A stretch of 64,000 bases of DNA from the human T2T-CHM13v2.0 reference genome, Homo sapiens. The translations under genes and the position numbers were made by a program. Within the stretch, counting starts at the first letter, position 1; each line of letters opens with the position of its first letter. A model generated the notes under the pieces. The model was not told the DNA's origin. It worked only from the letters and a program-made list of their open reading frames with translations, and did no database searches. Shown in pieces: positions 38,889 through 58,074 of the stretch. The stretch is taken from assembly GCF_009914755.1 (NCBI RefSeq), contig NC_060943.1; one strand, written 5' to 3'.

Positions 38889-39354
38889 TTAAAAAAATAC
38901 ATAAATAAAATAACTTCCCACTCCTCGGTTGAGAACCACAGCTCTAGACTTAGCCTTGCATTTTCTCTTTATCTTTCTCTAAGGAGTCTGACCCTTACCA
39001 AAGCGTCCATCAACACCTGCCTGTATATATGTCCTCAGAGCTCCAATGCATATATTCATCATCTGACTCCTTGACCGCTCCCCCTGCCCCAGATATCTCT
39101 AAGGCATCTCAAGCCCAACATGCTCAAACTGAAGTGCACAGCCTTCCCTCCCTAACCTAGTTCTTATCCAACATTCCTTATGTCACCATCTCCATCCTCC
39201 CCACCCCCGGGCCAGTGGGTCAGACACCCGGGCATTATCCTCACCCTCATTTTACTCCCTCACCAAATCCTACTGATGTTAACTCCTAGATAGCTTTAGA
39301 ATTCATGCATCATTCTTCATCTCTATCACCATGCAATGGTCCAAGCCACTTTCA

Positions 39355-39471
<117 letters not shown>

Positions 39472-39683
39472 CTAGGACCCTAACTGTACCAAAAAAAAAA
39501 TTTTTTTTTAATTAGCGGGGTGTGGTGGCACACGCCTGTAGTCCCAGCTACTCGGGAAGCTGAGGTGGGGGATCACTTGAGCCTGAGAAGTCAAGGCTTC
39601 AGTGAGCCGTGATCACACCACTACACTCCAGCCTGGGTGACAGAGTGAGACCCTGTCTCAAATAAATAAATAAATAAATGTAA

Positions 39684-39920
<237 letters not shown>

Positions 39921-40274
39921 TGAGTAGCTGGGATTACAGGCCCACGCCACCACACCTGGCTAATTTTTGTATTTTTAGTAGAGACAGGGTTTCACCATGT
40001 TGGCCAGGCTGGTCTCAAACTCCTGACCTCAAGTGATTCACCCGCCTTGGCCTCTGAAAGCTGGGAAACTTTACAACGCACGTGTGATCATATTATCCTC
40101 CCAGCCAAAACCATATTGGTGGATTCCTTTTATTCTTAGGATAGAGATAAAACTCCTTAATGTCGCCACAAGAGCCTGTGGCTCTGCACTTTACTTACTT
40201 CTCTGCTTTCATCTGGTCTCCTCGTTCCCAGGCCTTCTTTACTTTATTTTAATTTTTTTTTTTTTTTTTTTTGA

Positions 40275-40493
<219 letters not shown>

Positions 40494-41057
40494 TGATCCG
40501 CCCGCCTCAGCCTCCCAAAGTGCTGGGATTACAGGCGTGAGCCACAGCGCCCAGCCTATTTTAATTTTTTTTAGAGACAGAGTCTTGCTCTGTTACCCAG
40601 GCTGGAGTGCAGTGGCACAAGTGTAGCTTACTGCAGCCTGGAACTCCTGGCTGAAGCCATCCTCCCACCCCAGCCTCCGAAAGTGCTGGGATTATAGGTG
40701 TGAGCCACCACCTCACCTGGCCTTGCAAGGCCTTCTTTAGTCCATCATATTTTCCATCCTTCCTCTTACCCCAGGTCCTTTGCATAAGCAATTCCCTCTG
40801 CGCAGAGCATCCTTTCCTCTCCGCATCAGATCTCAGCTCTTGCTTCCTCTGACTTCCAAATTACATCAAATCTCCTTATTAGAAGCTACTAGAGCACCAA
40901 GAATCTTTCCCTCAAAGCTGTTAATCACAGCTGCCAATTATATTTATTTGCAACTACATAATCATCACCTACCTCCCTGTTTTGCAGAAAGCGCCACACA
41001 TCCATGTCTGTTTGGTTGAATATAATTTCTCCCTTAAAAGCATATAAGAAGTCCTCA

Positions 41058-41446
<389 letters not shown>

Positions 41447-42081
41447 CTACACTCTAGCCTGGGCGACAGAGTGAGACTTCGTCTCAAAAAAAAAAAAAAA
41501 AAAAAATTAGAAGGCATGGTGGTGTGAGCCTGTAGTCCCAGCTACTCAGGAGGCTGAGGTGGGAGGATTGCCTGAGCCTAGGGAGGTTGAGGCTGCCGTG
41601 AGCTGGGATCGCGCCACTGCACTCCAGCCTGGACGACAGAATGAGACTCTGTCTCAAAAATAAAATAAAATAAAAACAAAATACTTGTTGAATAAATAAA
41701 TACACGAATGGATAAATGGCTCTGCTGTTTTCAGGATCTAGTCTGAGTGACTTGGCCTGGCATTTGAGGCTCTCCATGACCTCAGGGGCTGAGCTCCCTC
41801 CCGGTCTCAGTAAAGGTCAGAGCAAAAACCCAAGGGCATGAGATGCCAGGTGGGGAATAATAATTCAGCAGAAGCAAGAAGTCAGAAGCACAGTGACCAA
41901 GACAATTCAGGCTCCTCCACAGAGTCACAAAAATCTTGGGGGACACACTGGCTTTCTTCCCATGGAGCATGGAAGGGGGTTCGGATCATTGTTACTTCCT
42001 GGCTATTAACATGCAGAGTGACCTGTCTGATGTCTGTTCTGCCTTGATTCTCCTTGTCTTTTATTTTATTTTTACTTTTAG

Positions 42082-42836
<755 letters not shown>

Positions 42837-43153
42837 TAAGAAATTCTCCCTGGGCCTTATAAGTCTCTCCAGCCACCACGCCATTTCTGTGTTCCTCTCT
42901 TCCCCCAATTCATCACATCTGATCCATCAGCAAGTGCTGACGGCTCTGCTTCTGAGATGTACCAGTCTGCCCACTGCTCACCATTCCAGCTACCACTGTT
43001 CTGGTTCAGATAACACCGGGCTTGCTCGGTCCTTCTGATTCTACTCTCACTTCCGGGAATCCATTACCCAACCCAGCAGCTAGAGAGATCTTTAAATAAT
43101 GTGAATCAGATCAAGTCCCTCCACCCCACGGCAAATCGTCCAGCAGCTTCTCA

Positions 43154-43426
<273 letters not shown>

Positions 43427-44897
43427 TTAAAAAAAAAAAAAGAATAAAAGCCAACAGTTCACTGTGGCCAGAAGCCTCGAATGCAGTGTTCCCTGCCAAC
43501 CTCTACAACTCCATTCTCTCTCCCTCTCCAGCCTTCTCTTTCCAGAGTGCACTATGCTTGTTTCAACCTCAGGGCCTCTGCACATGCAGCTCCCTCTCTC
43601 ATGATGCCCGTCTCCCTGGCTCCTTCTCAATCAGCTCCCCAAAGAGCTTACCCCAGTGACCCAACATAATGGGGCTCACCCACTCATACTCTCTCCCATC
43701 TACTTGTTTTGTTCTTCTCTTTTCTTTTTTGAGACAGAGTCTTGCTCTGTCACCCAGACTGGAGTACAGTGGTGTAACCATGGCTCACTGCAGCCTCGAC
43801 CTCTGGGCTCCAGTGATCCTCCCATTTCAGCCTCCCAAGTAGCTGGGACTACAGGTGCACGCCACCATGCCTGGCCAATTTCTGTATTTTTTTTTAGAGA
43901 TAGGGTTTCACTATGTTGCCCAGTCTGGTCTTGAACTCCTGGGACCAAGCAATCCTCCCACCTCAGCCTCCCAAAGTGCTGGGATTACATATATATGTGA
44001 GCCACCACACCCGCCCCACCCCCGCCGGATACTGTTTAGCCCTCTGTACTGCGCTTATGGCCAGATGATAATTTCTTGTTTATTTGTTTGTTATTGATCT
44101 CCTCCCACCACAATGTCAGTTCCACAAGAGCAAGTGCCTTGTCTCACGTGTCCCCCTGGCACATAGTAGGTGCATAATAAATATCTGTTGACCGAATTGA
44201 CAAATGAGCGAATCATGGCTTTCTAGGTCCCTGGAGCCCCAGCTATTGGGTTTTGTGAGATCCCCTGCATTCCTTACATAAAGCTCCTACTTCCCTGGGC
44301 CGGTTAGGAGGCTTTCAATTCCAAACAGACTCTCTGACTCCCACCCACCCCATGGCCAACAGGAGGCAAATGAAAATGAAGAGAGGTGTCAGGGAAGAGC
44401 TAACTGCCGAGAGAGGAAACCTGGGAAGGGGAGGAGAGGGATGACTTGAAAAGATGGACCTTCTCCAGCTGGAGCAGGGAAGGAGAGAAACTGACGGAGC
44501 TGCATCAGTGGATGATGGAGGCACACCACGGTGGACACAAGCACACGCAGGAGGTGTGAGAAAAGGCTGGAAAATGAGACAGAAAAGGGCCGGGATCTCT
44601 CTGCACCACACTGGTGGAGAATATTCATGATAGTAATCATGATTCGACTCAATAAAAACCACGGTCTCTACCACGCACTGCACCCTTCCTTGTGCCGGGC
44701 ACCTTTCTTTGCATTGCCCCCCATACTTAGCTCTGATGGGGGAAAGGTGTGAAACGTGATGGGGGTGGGGAGAGAAATCCCAGCTAAAAAAGGCTGGTGA
44801 AGCGCTTCGGGTGGCTGAGGCAGGAGGGTCGCTTGAACCTAGGAGTTTGAGACCCGCTTGGACAACATTGTAAAACCCTGTCTCTACAAAAAAATTA

Positions 44898-45933
<1,036 letters not shown>

Positions 45934-46163
45934 TTATCCACAGGCACCTGTGAATTCCCACGTTTAGGGCACATGTGGAGTATCTGGACATGCCTGTAAC
46001 TAGCTATGCACATATGTGCACATCAGTGGAAATCCAGGGAAACGCCATTGTGCATTAGAGGATATGTATGTCTGTGTGCTGTTGCCAATGGCAATAAACA
46101 TTCCTTTTGTTCACACATGTTCACAAACATTCTATTTCCATAGATTCTGTGTACAATTCGTGA

Positions 46164-46409
<246 letters not shown>

Positions 46410-46487
46410 TAACCAGGAGGGTCTCGATCTCCTGACCTCGTGATTCGCCCACCTCAGCCTCCCAAAATGCTGGGATTACAGGCGTGA

Positions 46488-46987
<500 letters not shown>

Positions 46988-47016
46988 TAAAGGCATGCAC
47001 CACCATGCCTGGCTAA

Positions 47017-47190
<174 letters not shown>

Positions 47191-47193
47191 TGA

Positions 47194-47574
<381 letters not shown>

Positions 47575-48049
47575 TAACATGTTAATCACACAGAAGCCAC
47601 ACACTTGCATCCATTCAAGTAACAACTGTGCCCTTCCATGATTAACTCTCCACACCCATTTGTTCAGCCGCCTGTATCCACAAACATTCCTACGCTCCTT
47701 TCAGGAGGAACTGGCATCTGTATATATCTGTCAGCTGCCATCTTAGGTCTCCCCAACGAACTCATTAGCATTGCGGTGAAACCTGAAATATTCCTGCAGA
47801 ACTTCTGCTCTACTAATAAGCCTGATGTCCTGCTGAGGTCACATGGCACTTACGAGGGCTAATGGAGCCAGCCTTGGCCAGCAAGGTAGGAAACCCTGGA
47901 CTCCTGGAATAGCCAGAGAATGTCTGGCTATTTACTCCCAAGAATAAACAAATTTCCTTTCCTTCTCACTGCACCAAGTGCCCCAGCCAGCATCTATCTG
48001 CAGAACCAAAGTCATATTTAAGATACATTTTTGGCCTCAATACTATCCT

Positions 48050-48272
48050 GGCATCACACTAAAGGCTACATCTACTTGTTATTCTACTGAAGGTTGCATT
48101 ACTCTGATGGGCACTACACTGGGAGCTGCATCACCAGATTTGTCATTATACTGAAGGCCACATCACTATCATGGGCACTACACTGAGGGCTGCATCACCA
48201 GACTTGTCATTATACTGAAGGCTGCATTACCTGGTTGGGCATTACACTGAGGGTTGCATCATCAGACCTGTC
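48050..48272. repeat. Higher-order tandem repeat: 64-bp dimer of two related 31-33 bp monomers, about 7 monomers
   Basis: (a/t)tgggca(c/t)tacactg at 48107, 48171 and 48235 (64-bp period), alternating with tcattatactgaagg. Confidence 0.85.
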
Positions 48273-48300
48273 TGAACCACCCTGTTAGTCTTGCCCTTAA

Positions 48301-48696
<396 letters not shown>

Positions 48697-48896
48697 TAAC
48701 TAGAAAGCTAAACTTAACAGGCAACACTTTCCCTCAGCACTGGTAGCTCCCCTGTGTGTAGTGTGAAGGGGCAAGCAGAAGTGGGGTTGAGAAGTGACTC
48801 TGAGGGGCCTGGTAGGACTAGAGAGATGAGGAAAACTGGGGACTCTGAAGCCACACACTGGGGGTGGGAAGCCAGAGGACAGAAAAGCAACTATTA

Positions 48897-49040
<144 letters not shown>

Positions 49041-49447
49041 TTAAAAATTAGCCAGGTGTGGTGGTGCACACCTGTAGTCCCAGCTATTTGGGAGGCTCAG
49101 GCAGGAGGATCACTTGAACACAGGACGTCGAGGCTGCAGTGAGCTATGATCATGCCATTGCACTACAGTCTGGGTGACAGAGTGAGACCCTGTCTTGGGA
49201 GGAAAAAAAAAAGTTGAGGCCAGGCACAGTAGCTCATGACTGTAATCCCAGCACTTTGGGAGGCCAAGGCGGGTGGACTGCCTGAGATCAGGAGTTCAAG
49301 ACCAGCTTGGCCAATATGTTGAAACCCTGTCTCTACTAAAAATACAAAAAAAAGGCCGGGTGCGGTGGCTCACACCTGTAATCCCAGCACTTTGGGAGGC
49401 CGAGGCGGGCAGATCATGAGGTCAGGAGATTGAGACCATCATGGCTA

Positions 49448-49709
<262 letters not shown>

Positions 49710-51962
49710 TCAGGAGGCTGAGGCAGGAGAATCACTGGAACCCGGGAGGTGGAGGTTGCGCCACTGCACTCCAGCATGGGCGACAGAATGAGACTCCATC
49801 TCAAAAAAAAAAAAAAAAAAGTTGGAACTCAACCTTCTTGAGCCACTAGTGCTGAAGGGGCCGGAAAGATTCAGATTGGCTCCTCTTGGAAGCTGTGGAT
49901 CCTTGTCCTGTCTCTGCTGTTCTTACCAGGAGCCCCTGCCAAAAACCTACCTTGCCATGCCCTTGAGAAGAGAAGCTTTACCTGCAAGTACAGGCCTTGG
50001 CAGCCTGGCACAGGCGCTATACCCTGAGCAGCCCCAACATGTGCCATATCCTCATATGTGCTCCACAAGCCCCATCGCACCTCAACAGTCAGGCATGGCT
50101 TTGCCACGCTCAGACATTCCGCACACAAGACACGCTCTCATTCACTCCAACACGTCCCTTGGGTTCAGACACAACTGATGGCCATCAGATTCCCCTTACA
50201 CGATGGGGCGTGCTTGCCATGAAGACACGCTCAAACATGCTATGACACGCTCTGACACACAGGGGCACACACACACCCAAGCATGCTTTCACGGGGACCA
50301 GGTAGGTCTCCAACCTCTGCCACAGTCTACACGCCCATGGCCACCTTGCCCTTCCAGATGGATTGATGGGGCGGCGGGGAGAAGGCTGTTATAAATTAAA
50401 CATCGAGACACTGTCTGAGCACCAGGCTCTGCCATCCACTCATTGGCTGGTTCCCTCCCAGGAGGCTGCGGGCACACAGGGTGGGGGAGAGGGCAGGGGA
50501 AGTGGCTCGCTTAATTAATTAGTCCTCATTGAGATATCTTTGCAAATATCCCTTTATCGAAGGACACCATTCCATCCGTTTCCTGGGAATTTGTTGCCTC
50601 TACGTGTCTCTGGCCCCTGAGTATCGCAGAAATGACCAGACAAGAAAGAGCGCGCCCAAGAGCTGCTCAAACCTTAGCTGTGTTTCTGATCACGACAGCA
50701 GCACTGAGGGACAAGCGGGAAGGCTCAGAGATTCAGAGATCCAGGCGGAGGGGCAGAGAGATTAGGCAAGGGGAGATGCGGAAACTCAAATACAAACCGA
50801 ACTGCAGAGTCAGAGATACGGACTCTGAAATGCAGGAAGAGAGAGACGCAGGCAGAGAAACTTTGCAACTGGGAGGACCAGAGTGGGGACAGATGGACGT
50901 GCGGCTGGGCAGACAAACCTCCCCTCTGCCTTTTCCCGCCTGGCTTGGCCTTCCCCATCTCCTGGGCAATCCACTCTCTGCAGCGGCAGGCAGCAGTAAC
51001 AATCAGGCCTGATTCCTTTTGGCCCTAGCTACCCTCCCCTTCCCTCTCCCTCCCCCAATCACTCTTGCAATCATCTCCCTTGTTCAAAATGAGCTTCTGC
51101 AGCTGCAGCCCAGACAGCTGTTCCATCTTGGAGCCAGTACTGGGCCTGGTGGCTGGGTCCTAGAGGGACGCCCTCCTGAGTGGCAGCCGGGGAGGGGGAA
51201 TGGTGCTCGGGGGCAGAGGGGGCAAGGGGTCACCCGGAGCTTGGGAGCCCACCTCCATCTCCAGTCAACACTTGGCCCCATCACCAGCATACCCAGGGGG
51301 TCCAGACACTGCCAATGCCTCTCTTTGGGGCCCTCAAGAGAGGTGGTCTGGGGCCGGGCGTGGTGGTTCACGCCTGTAATCCCAGCACTTTGGGTAGCTG
51401 AGGCGGGTGGATCACTTGAGGTCAGGATTTGAGACCAGCCTGGCTAACATGCTGAAACCCCATCTCTACTAAAAATACAAAAATTAGCTAGGCAGGGTGG
51501 CGCACACCTGTAGTCCCAGCTACTTGGGAGGCCGAGGCAGGAGAATCGCTTGAACCCGGGAGGTGATTGAGGGAGATCGCAGTGGGCCAAGACGGTGCCA
51601 CTGCACTCCAGCCTGGGTGAGAGCGAGATTCTATCTCAAAATAAATGAATAAACAAACAAACAAATAAATAAATAAGAGAGGTGGTCTTGGTCATCCTGC
51701 CCTCTGTCACCAAATCCTTCCTAACATCCAACACAGGTCCTGGCCCTAGAAGCCTCTGCCGTCCAAGAATTCTAGTCTGTTTCCCAGGGTCCCCGTCAGG
51801 GTCCTATGGTGAGATGGAGATAGAATCCCAGAGGTAGAGACAGACAGACACAGAGAGACATGGAGAGACAGACATGAATGAGATAAAGAGACAGATATAG
51901 GCCGGGCATGGTGGCTTATGCCTGTAATCCCAACACTTTGGGAGGCCGAGGTGAGTGGATCA

Positions 51963-52281
<319 letters not shown>

Positions 52282-52469
52282 TCACCTCCTCTCCCTCTTC
52301 CGCACGCTCACTATGCTCCAGACATGGGCCTCCTCCCTGTTCCTCCAACACGCCAGGCGTGGTGCGATCATAGCTCACTGTAGCCTCCAACTCCTGGGCT
52401 CAAGCAATCCTCATGCTTTAGCCTCCTGAGTAGCTGGGACTACAGGTGTGCACCACCATGCCCAGCTAA

Positions 52470-52671
<202 letters not shown>

Positions 52672-52933
52672 ACAGAGTCTTGCTCTGTCACCCAGGCTGG
52701 AAGTGCAGTGATGCAATCTCGGCTCACTACGAGCTCCACCTCCTGGGTTCACGCCATTCTCCTGCCTCAGCTTCCCGAGTAGCTGGGACTGCAGGCACCC
52801 GCCACCGTGCCCAGCTAATTATTGCATTTTTAGTAGAGACGGGGTTTCACCATGTTAGCCAGGATGGTCTCGATCTCCTGACCTCGTGATCTGCCCGCAT
52901 CAGCCTCCCAAAGCACTGGGATTACAGGTGTGA

Positions 52934-53194
<261 letters not shown>

Positions 53195-54540
53195 TAGAGA
53201 CAGGATCTTGCTATGTCGCCCAGGCTGGTCTTGAACTCTTGGCCTCAAGCAATCTTCCCACCCCTGCCTTCCAAAGCTTGAGAATTATAGGCATGAGCCA
53301 CAGTGCCACTCTAAGAGCCTTTTGCTGAGAACTGCTCAGCTCCTCCTTATTCGTCCCATAAAGCAAAAGGTCCCCCTCAAATAGCACACCCCTCCTCCAT
53401 CTCCCCTTCCCTCTCTCCAGCCCCCCAGGCAGAGGCGACGGTCAAGGGTATAACATACAAGATTCAGGTATTTTACTTCAGGCCTCGAAATGATGGCGGT
53501 GGCTGGCAATACAGCTGACAGCTCTTAGTCTGGTCCTGGATTTATGATCCCCAGGTGAGAAGCCATTCCGCTGAAGGCTCCTGTCCCACAGGGATGGTTT
53601 ATGGCTGGGAGTTGGCCAAAGGTAGTAGCGGCAGCTTCCTCCCCACGTCTTCCCAGAGATGGTCTATAACCACAGGAATGCTAAGCTGCTTCTGCAATTC
53701 AGGAGGAGGAAGCCAGAGAGAAGCAGGACCCCCAAGGCTCTACGCTCACCGCCACCACACCACTGAGTTCCTTTTTAAAGCCAAACACCAGCATCCAACC
53801 TTCCGCCTCCTGACTTTGGGAATCCATACTGCTTTGTTTCCTGAACCCCTCAGCCTCCCCGACGTTGGGGTGCTAAACCTTCCGACATCTCCTCCTAACC
53901 GAACACCTACTGTGTGCCTGGTCACTTTCCATTTGTTCTCCCCAGTCCTGAGGAAGGTGAAATGGATTTAGACACTTGAGAAATGTTTATTCCAGGCTTG
54001 GCTAGAGGGGTAAACAAAACAACCCCTCCTTACTAAACACTACTATGTGCCCGTTATTTATTTGTTTTTGTTTGAAGGAGGAATCCACAAATCCTTATGA
54101 AGGTGTGATTGTGGATTCAGTCATTGGACAAATATTTATTGTAGGCCTACTGTGCGCCACACCTTAGGGTTCAGTAGTGAGCAAAACACAGATGTCTTCA
54201 AGGATCTTACCATCTCATAAAGACTCTAAATTCCCCCTGACTAATAAGGAAATCGAATCCCAGCTTCTTAGGAGGCTAAGACAGGAGAATGACTTGAGCC
54301 TAGGAGTTCCAGATGTTAGTGAGCTATGATGGCATCACTACACTCCAGCCTGGGTGACAGAGTGAGACTCTTTCTCTAAAAATAATAATATTAATAATAA
54401 TAACAATAAGGAAGTTGGGGCTTAGAGAAATTAAATAATTTCCCCCAAAGTCACACAGCTAGTAAATTACAGGGCCAGAATTCAAACCCAGATATGTTTG
54501 ACTCAAAAATCTTATCACTAACTGAGCATCTGCTATCTTA

Positions 54541-54729
<189 letters not shown>

Positions 54730-54759
54730 TTAAAAAAATAGTTTTGTGGAATAAATACA

Positions 54760-55268
54760 ATGGATGGAAGGATAGATGAATGGATGGAGAGGCAGATGGA
54801 TGGTGGAAGGATGGATGCACAGAGGATAGAAAAAGAGAGTTGGATAATGGATAATGCATGCATGGAGGAATTGGTGAATGCATGGATAGAGATGGATGGA
54901 TAGAAGAATGGATCCATGAAAGAACAGAGAGACAAATGATGCATCATGGATAGATGAAAAGAGATGGGTGGAAGGATAAAGAGATGGATGTGTGAAAGGA
55001 TGGATGTACAGATGGATGGACAGATGGAATAGTGGGTGGGTGTATGAGTGAATGGATGGAGAGAAAATGGATGGGTAGATGAAATAATTGATGGATAGAT
55101 GGACAGACTGATGGAATAACAGGTGGTTGGATGAATGAATGAATGGAGATATGGATAGCAAGACAGATGGAAGGATGGGCGTAAAAACAGATGGATAGAT
55201 GAAATAATAGATGGAGGGAAGGATGGATGGATGGATGAAGAGATATATGGAAGCGTGGAAGGATGGGA
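54760..55268 (+). repeat. (GGAT/GAAT)n degenerate microsatellite
   Basis: Iterated tggatgga/tgaatgaa/tagatgga. Confidence 0.92.
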
Positions 55269-55654
55269 ATTTGAACAGCAGATCTCTGTTACCCACAACA
55301 ATTCTGTGAGGTAAGACATCATTCCCACTTTATAGATGAGAAAACAATAGCTCAGAGTGACAAAGGCACTGGCCAGAGTCATAGAGCAAGTTGGGGACAA
55401 AATCTAGATTCCAACATAGGTCTTTCAGACTCCCAAAATGGACACCCTCATGTCACAGTCCCCTCCCAGCCCTCACCCTGAGTACCTTAACATCTCACTT
55501 CTCAGATCCCTTTTGACAAAGTATAATGAGACTGAGGGATGGGGTGGTGTCAGGGATGGGAGGGCCATTGGCTTTCAGCAGGTGAATTCATGGAAGCATT
55601 GGATGAAGATGCTGTTAGCTACGAATGGGCCAGAGTGGAGATCAGGTCTGTTTG

Positions 55655-56385
55655 GGCACACACACATACACACTTACAGAAAACACACAGCACACAGGGC
55701 ATCCTACCCACATGCACACAAGGCAGGCACACACACACACTTTCATAAATACACACTTGCAGTTATATGCACACACTTACAAAGACATACCTGTCCACAC
55801 ATATGCACACAAAGATACTTGCACACACGTTTGCACAGATACATATGCACACACAAAATCATAACTCATAGACATGCTCTTATATACTTATTTATACATT
55901 CTGCAGACACACCATATGCACACATTTACACACACCTGCATAGAACACATGTACACAGACTCACTTGCTTTCAATGGTGGTAGAGGGAAATTTGGCTTCT
56001 GATTTCAATGAGGTACCATCTCTCTCCCTTCTCAGATGGCAACGGCAAGAAGCCTGTATCATACTTGTGTATAACAAACTCATATGCACACATGCAATCT
56101 TGTAACACAGGCAAACCCATAGTCAGGGACAGGCAATTGCAGATACACATGCTGATACGTCCACACCCAAGCACAGTCACTCAGGGACACACCCACACTC
56201 ATTCTGGGATGCACCCTCACACACAGGAAGGCACATCGGACCCCATGCCGGCAGTGCACATAAACTTTCTCCACTCCCACTCCCCCATATACACACCGAA
56301 ACACACACATATAGACACACCAGGACATACCCAAATAATAAACACTTAATGTGACAGACACACAGAAACACACCGTCTCACACAT
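55655..56385 (+). repeat. CA-rich low-complexity sequence
   Basis: Dispersed cacacaca/catacaca runs. Confidence 0.8.
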
Positions 56386-57396
56386 TGGCTGCCAAGTCTA
56401 AGAATCTAGCCTGAAAGCTCTCACCTGTGTCAAGCCCAATACCACCCCCACCAGGGGCTGGACAAAGCCTTCTCAGGTGTCCCCACCACCACCACACACC
56501 CTTGCCTTCGACCCTAGGGAGCAAATTCTTCTTTGCTCCCATCAAGGAGAAAGAAGCTGCGGGATGACCATTTGGGGCTAAGCAAGGGAGGGTTGGTGAA
56601 GTTGGGGCTAAAGAAAGGGAGCCCCAGGCATCGCAGCCTGGGTTTGGGGGATGATTTGGGAGGAGCCCCCCAAACAGATGGAACAGGGGTGGGGCTACCA
56701 GAGGTTGAGGAGTGGGGGGAAAGGCATATCTGGAGGAGGCCCAGGGAAGTTTGCAGTGAAGGAAACCCCTCCCCTCTCTCCTCAGGACACCACGGGGAGA
56801 ACCCCACTGAGTTCTCTCCTTCTTCCCTGATCCAGGGAAGCTCTGTAGTGGGGAAGCTGGAGGATAAAGCCTCAAAGGGGGATGGGATGGGAAGGCGCAA
56901 TCCTGGAGCTTCTGGAGGCAGTGTCAGCTCCGGCCCCAGTCTGCGCCCCGTCTACCTCCCAGGGAGGGTGAGTTATGGGGATAAATATTCAGCACATGGC
57001 GAGGCAAGAATGGCGGAAGGGGTGCAGGGGAGAGAAAAAGAGAGAAAAAAAGAGATACAAATTCTCAGCGCCACAGAGACAGAGACAAGGAAAGATAGAA
57101 ATATTAATAGAAAGAGACCCAGAGACGCAAAGCAGGGGAAATGAATAGAGACTCAGACAGAACTACTCAGAGACGCCGAGACGCAACCAGGCAGAGACCT
57201 TGAAGGTGGAGACACTCGGAAACCCCTCGATCCTCCCCTCTTTCAGAGACAGGGTCCTTCTAAACCCCCGAGTCTCACCCTCCTCCCGCTGCACCCCACT
57301 CAGCCCGGACTCAGCTCAATTCTGCAGCCCTTGTCGCCTCCGCCCTGGGGCCGGAGCGAGCCTGGTACGCTATTCGCGCTCAGACATTGCTCACTA

Positions 57397-57808
<412 letters not shown>

Positions 57809-57995
57809 GCCCCGCGGCCGTCCGCCGCGCGTCCCTTCTCTGGCCCGCCGCGGGGCGCTCGGTCCCTCGACACCCAGGCGCCCCGGAGGGGCGTGGGGGA
57901 GGGGGCACGAGCGCGAGCTGCGGGGCAGGGGGTCCGGGACGGGGTGAGGGGGGGCTCGGGGACGCGGGCTGCGGCTCGGCGCGCCTGGCGGGCTC

Positions 57996-58005
57996 CTCTT
58001 ATAAA
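57996..58005 (-). promoter_or_regulatory. TATA-like box (TTTATAAGAG); predicted TSS near 57970
   Basis: Isolated AT-rich motif within GC-rich sequence, about 205 nt upstream of the ATG and correctly oriented. Confidence 0.7.
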
Positions 58006-58062
58006 GCGCCGGCTCGGCCCCCCGCCCCCTCCCGCGCCTCCGCGCCGGGCACTTCCAGCCGC

Positions 58063-58074
58063 CGTGACGTCACG
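58063..58074. promoter_or_regulatory. Perfect CRE (TGACGTCA) within a 12-bp palindrome CGTGACGTCACG
   Basis: Exact CREB/ATF consensus about 60 bp upstream of the TATA box, next to a GC box (CCCCGCCCCC, about 58020) and an ETS core (ACTTCC, 58051-58056). Confidence 0.8.
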
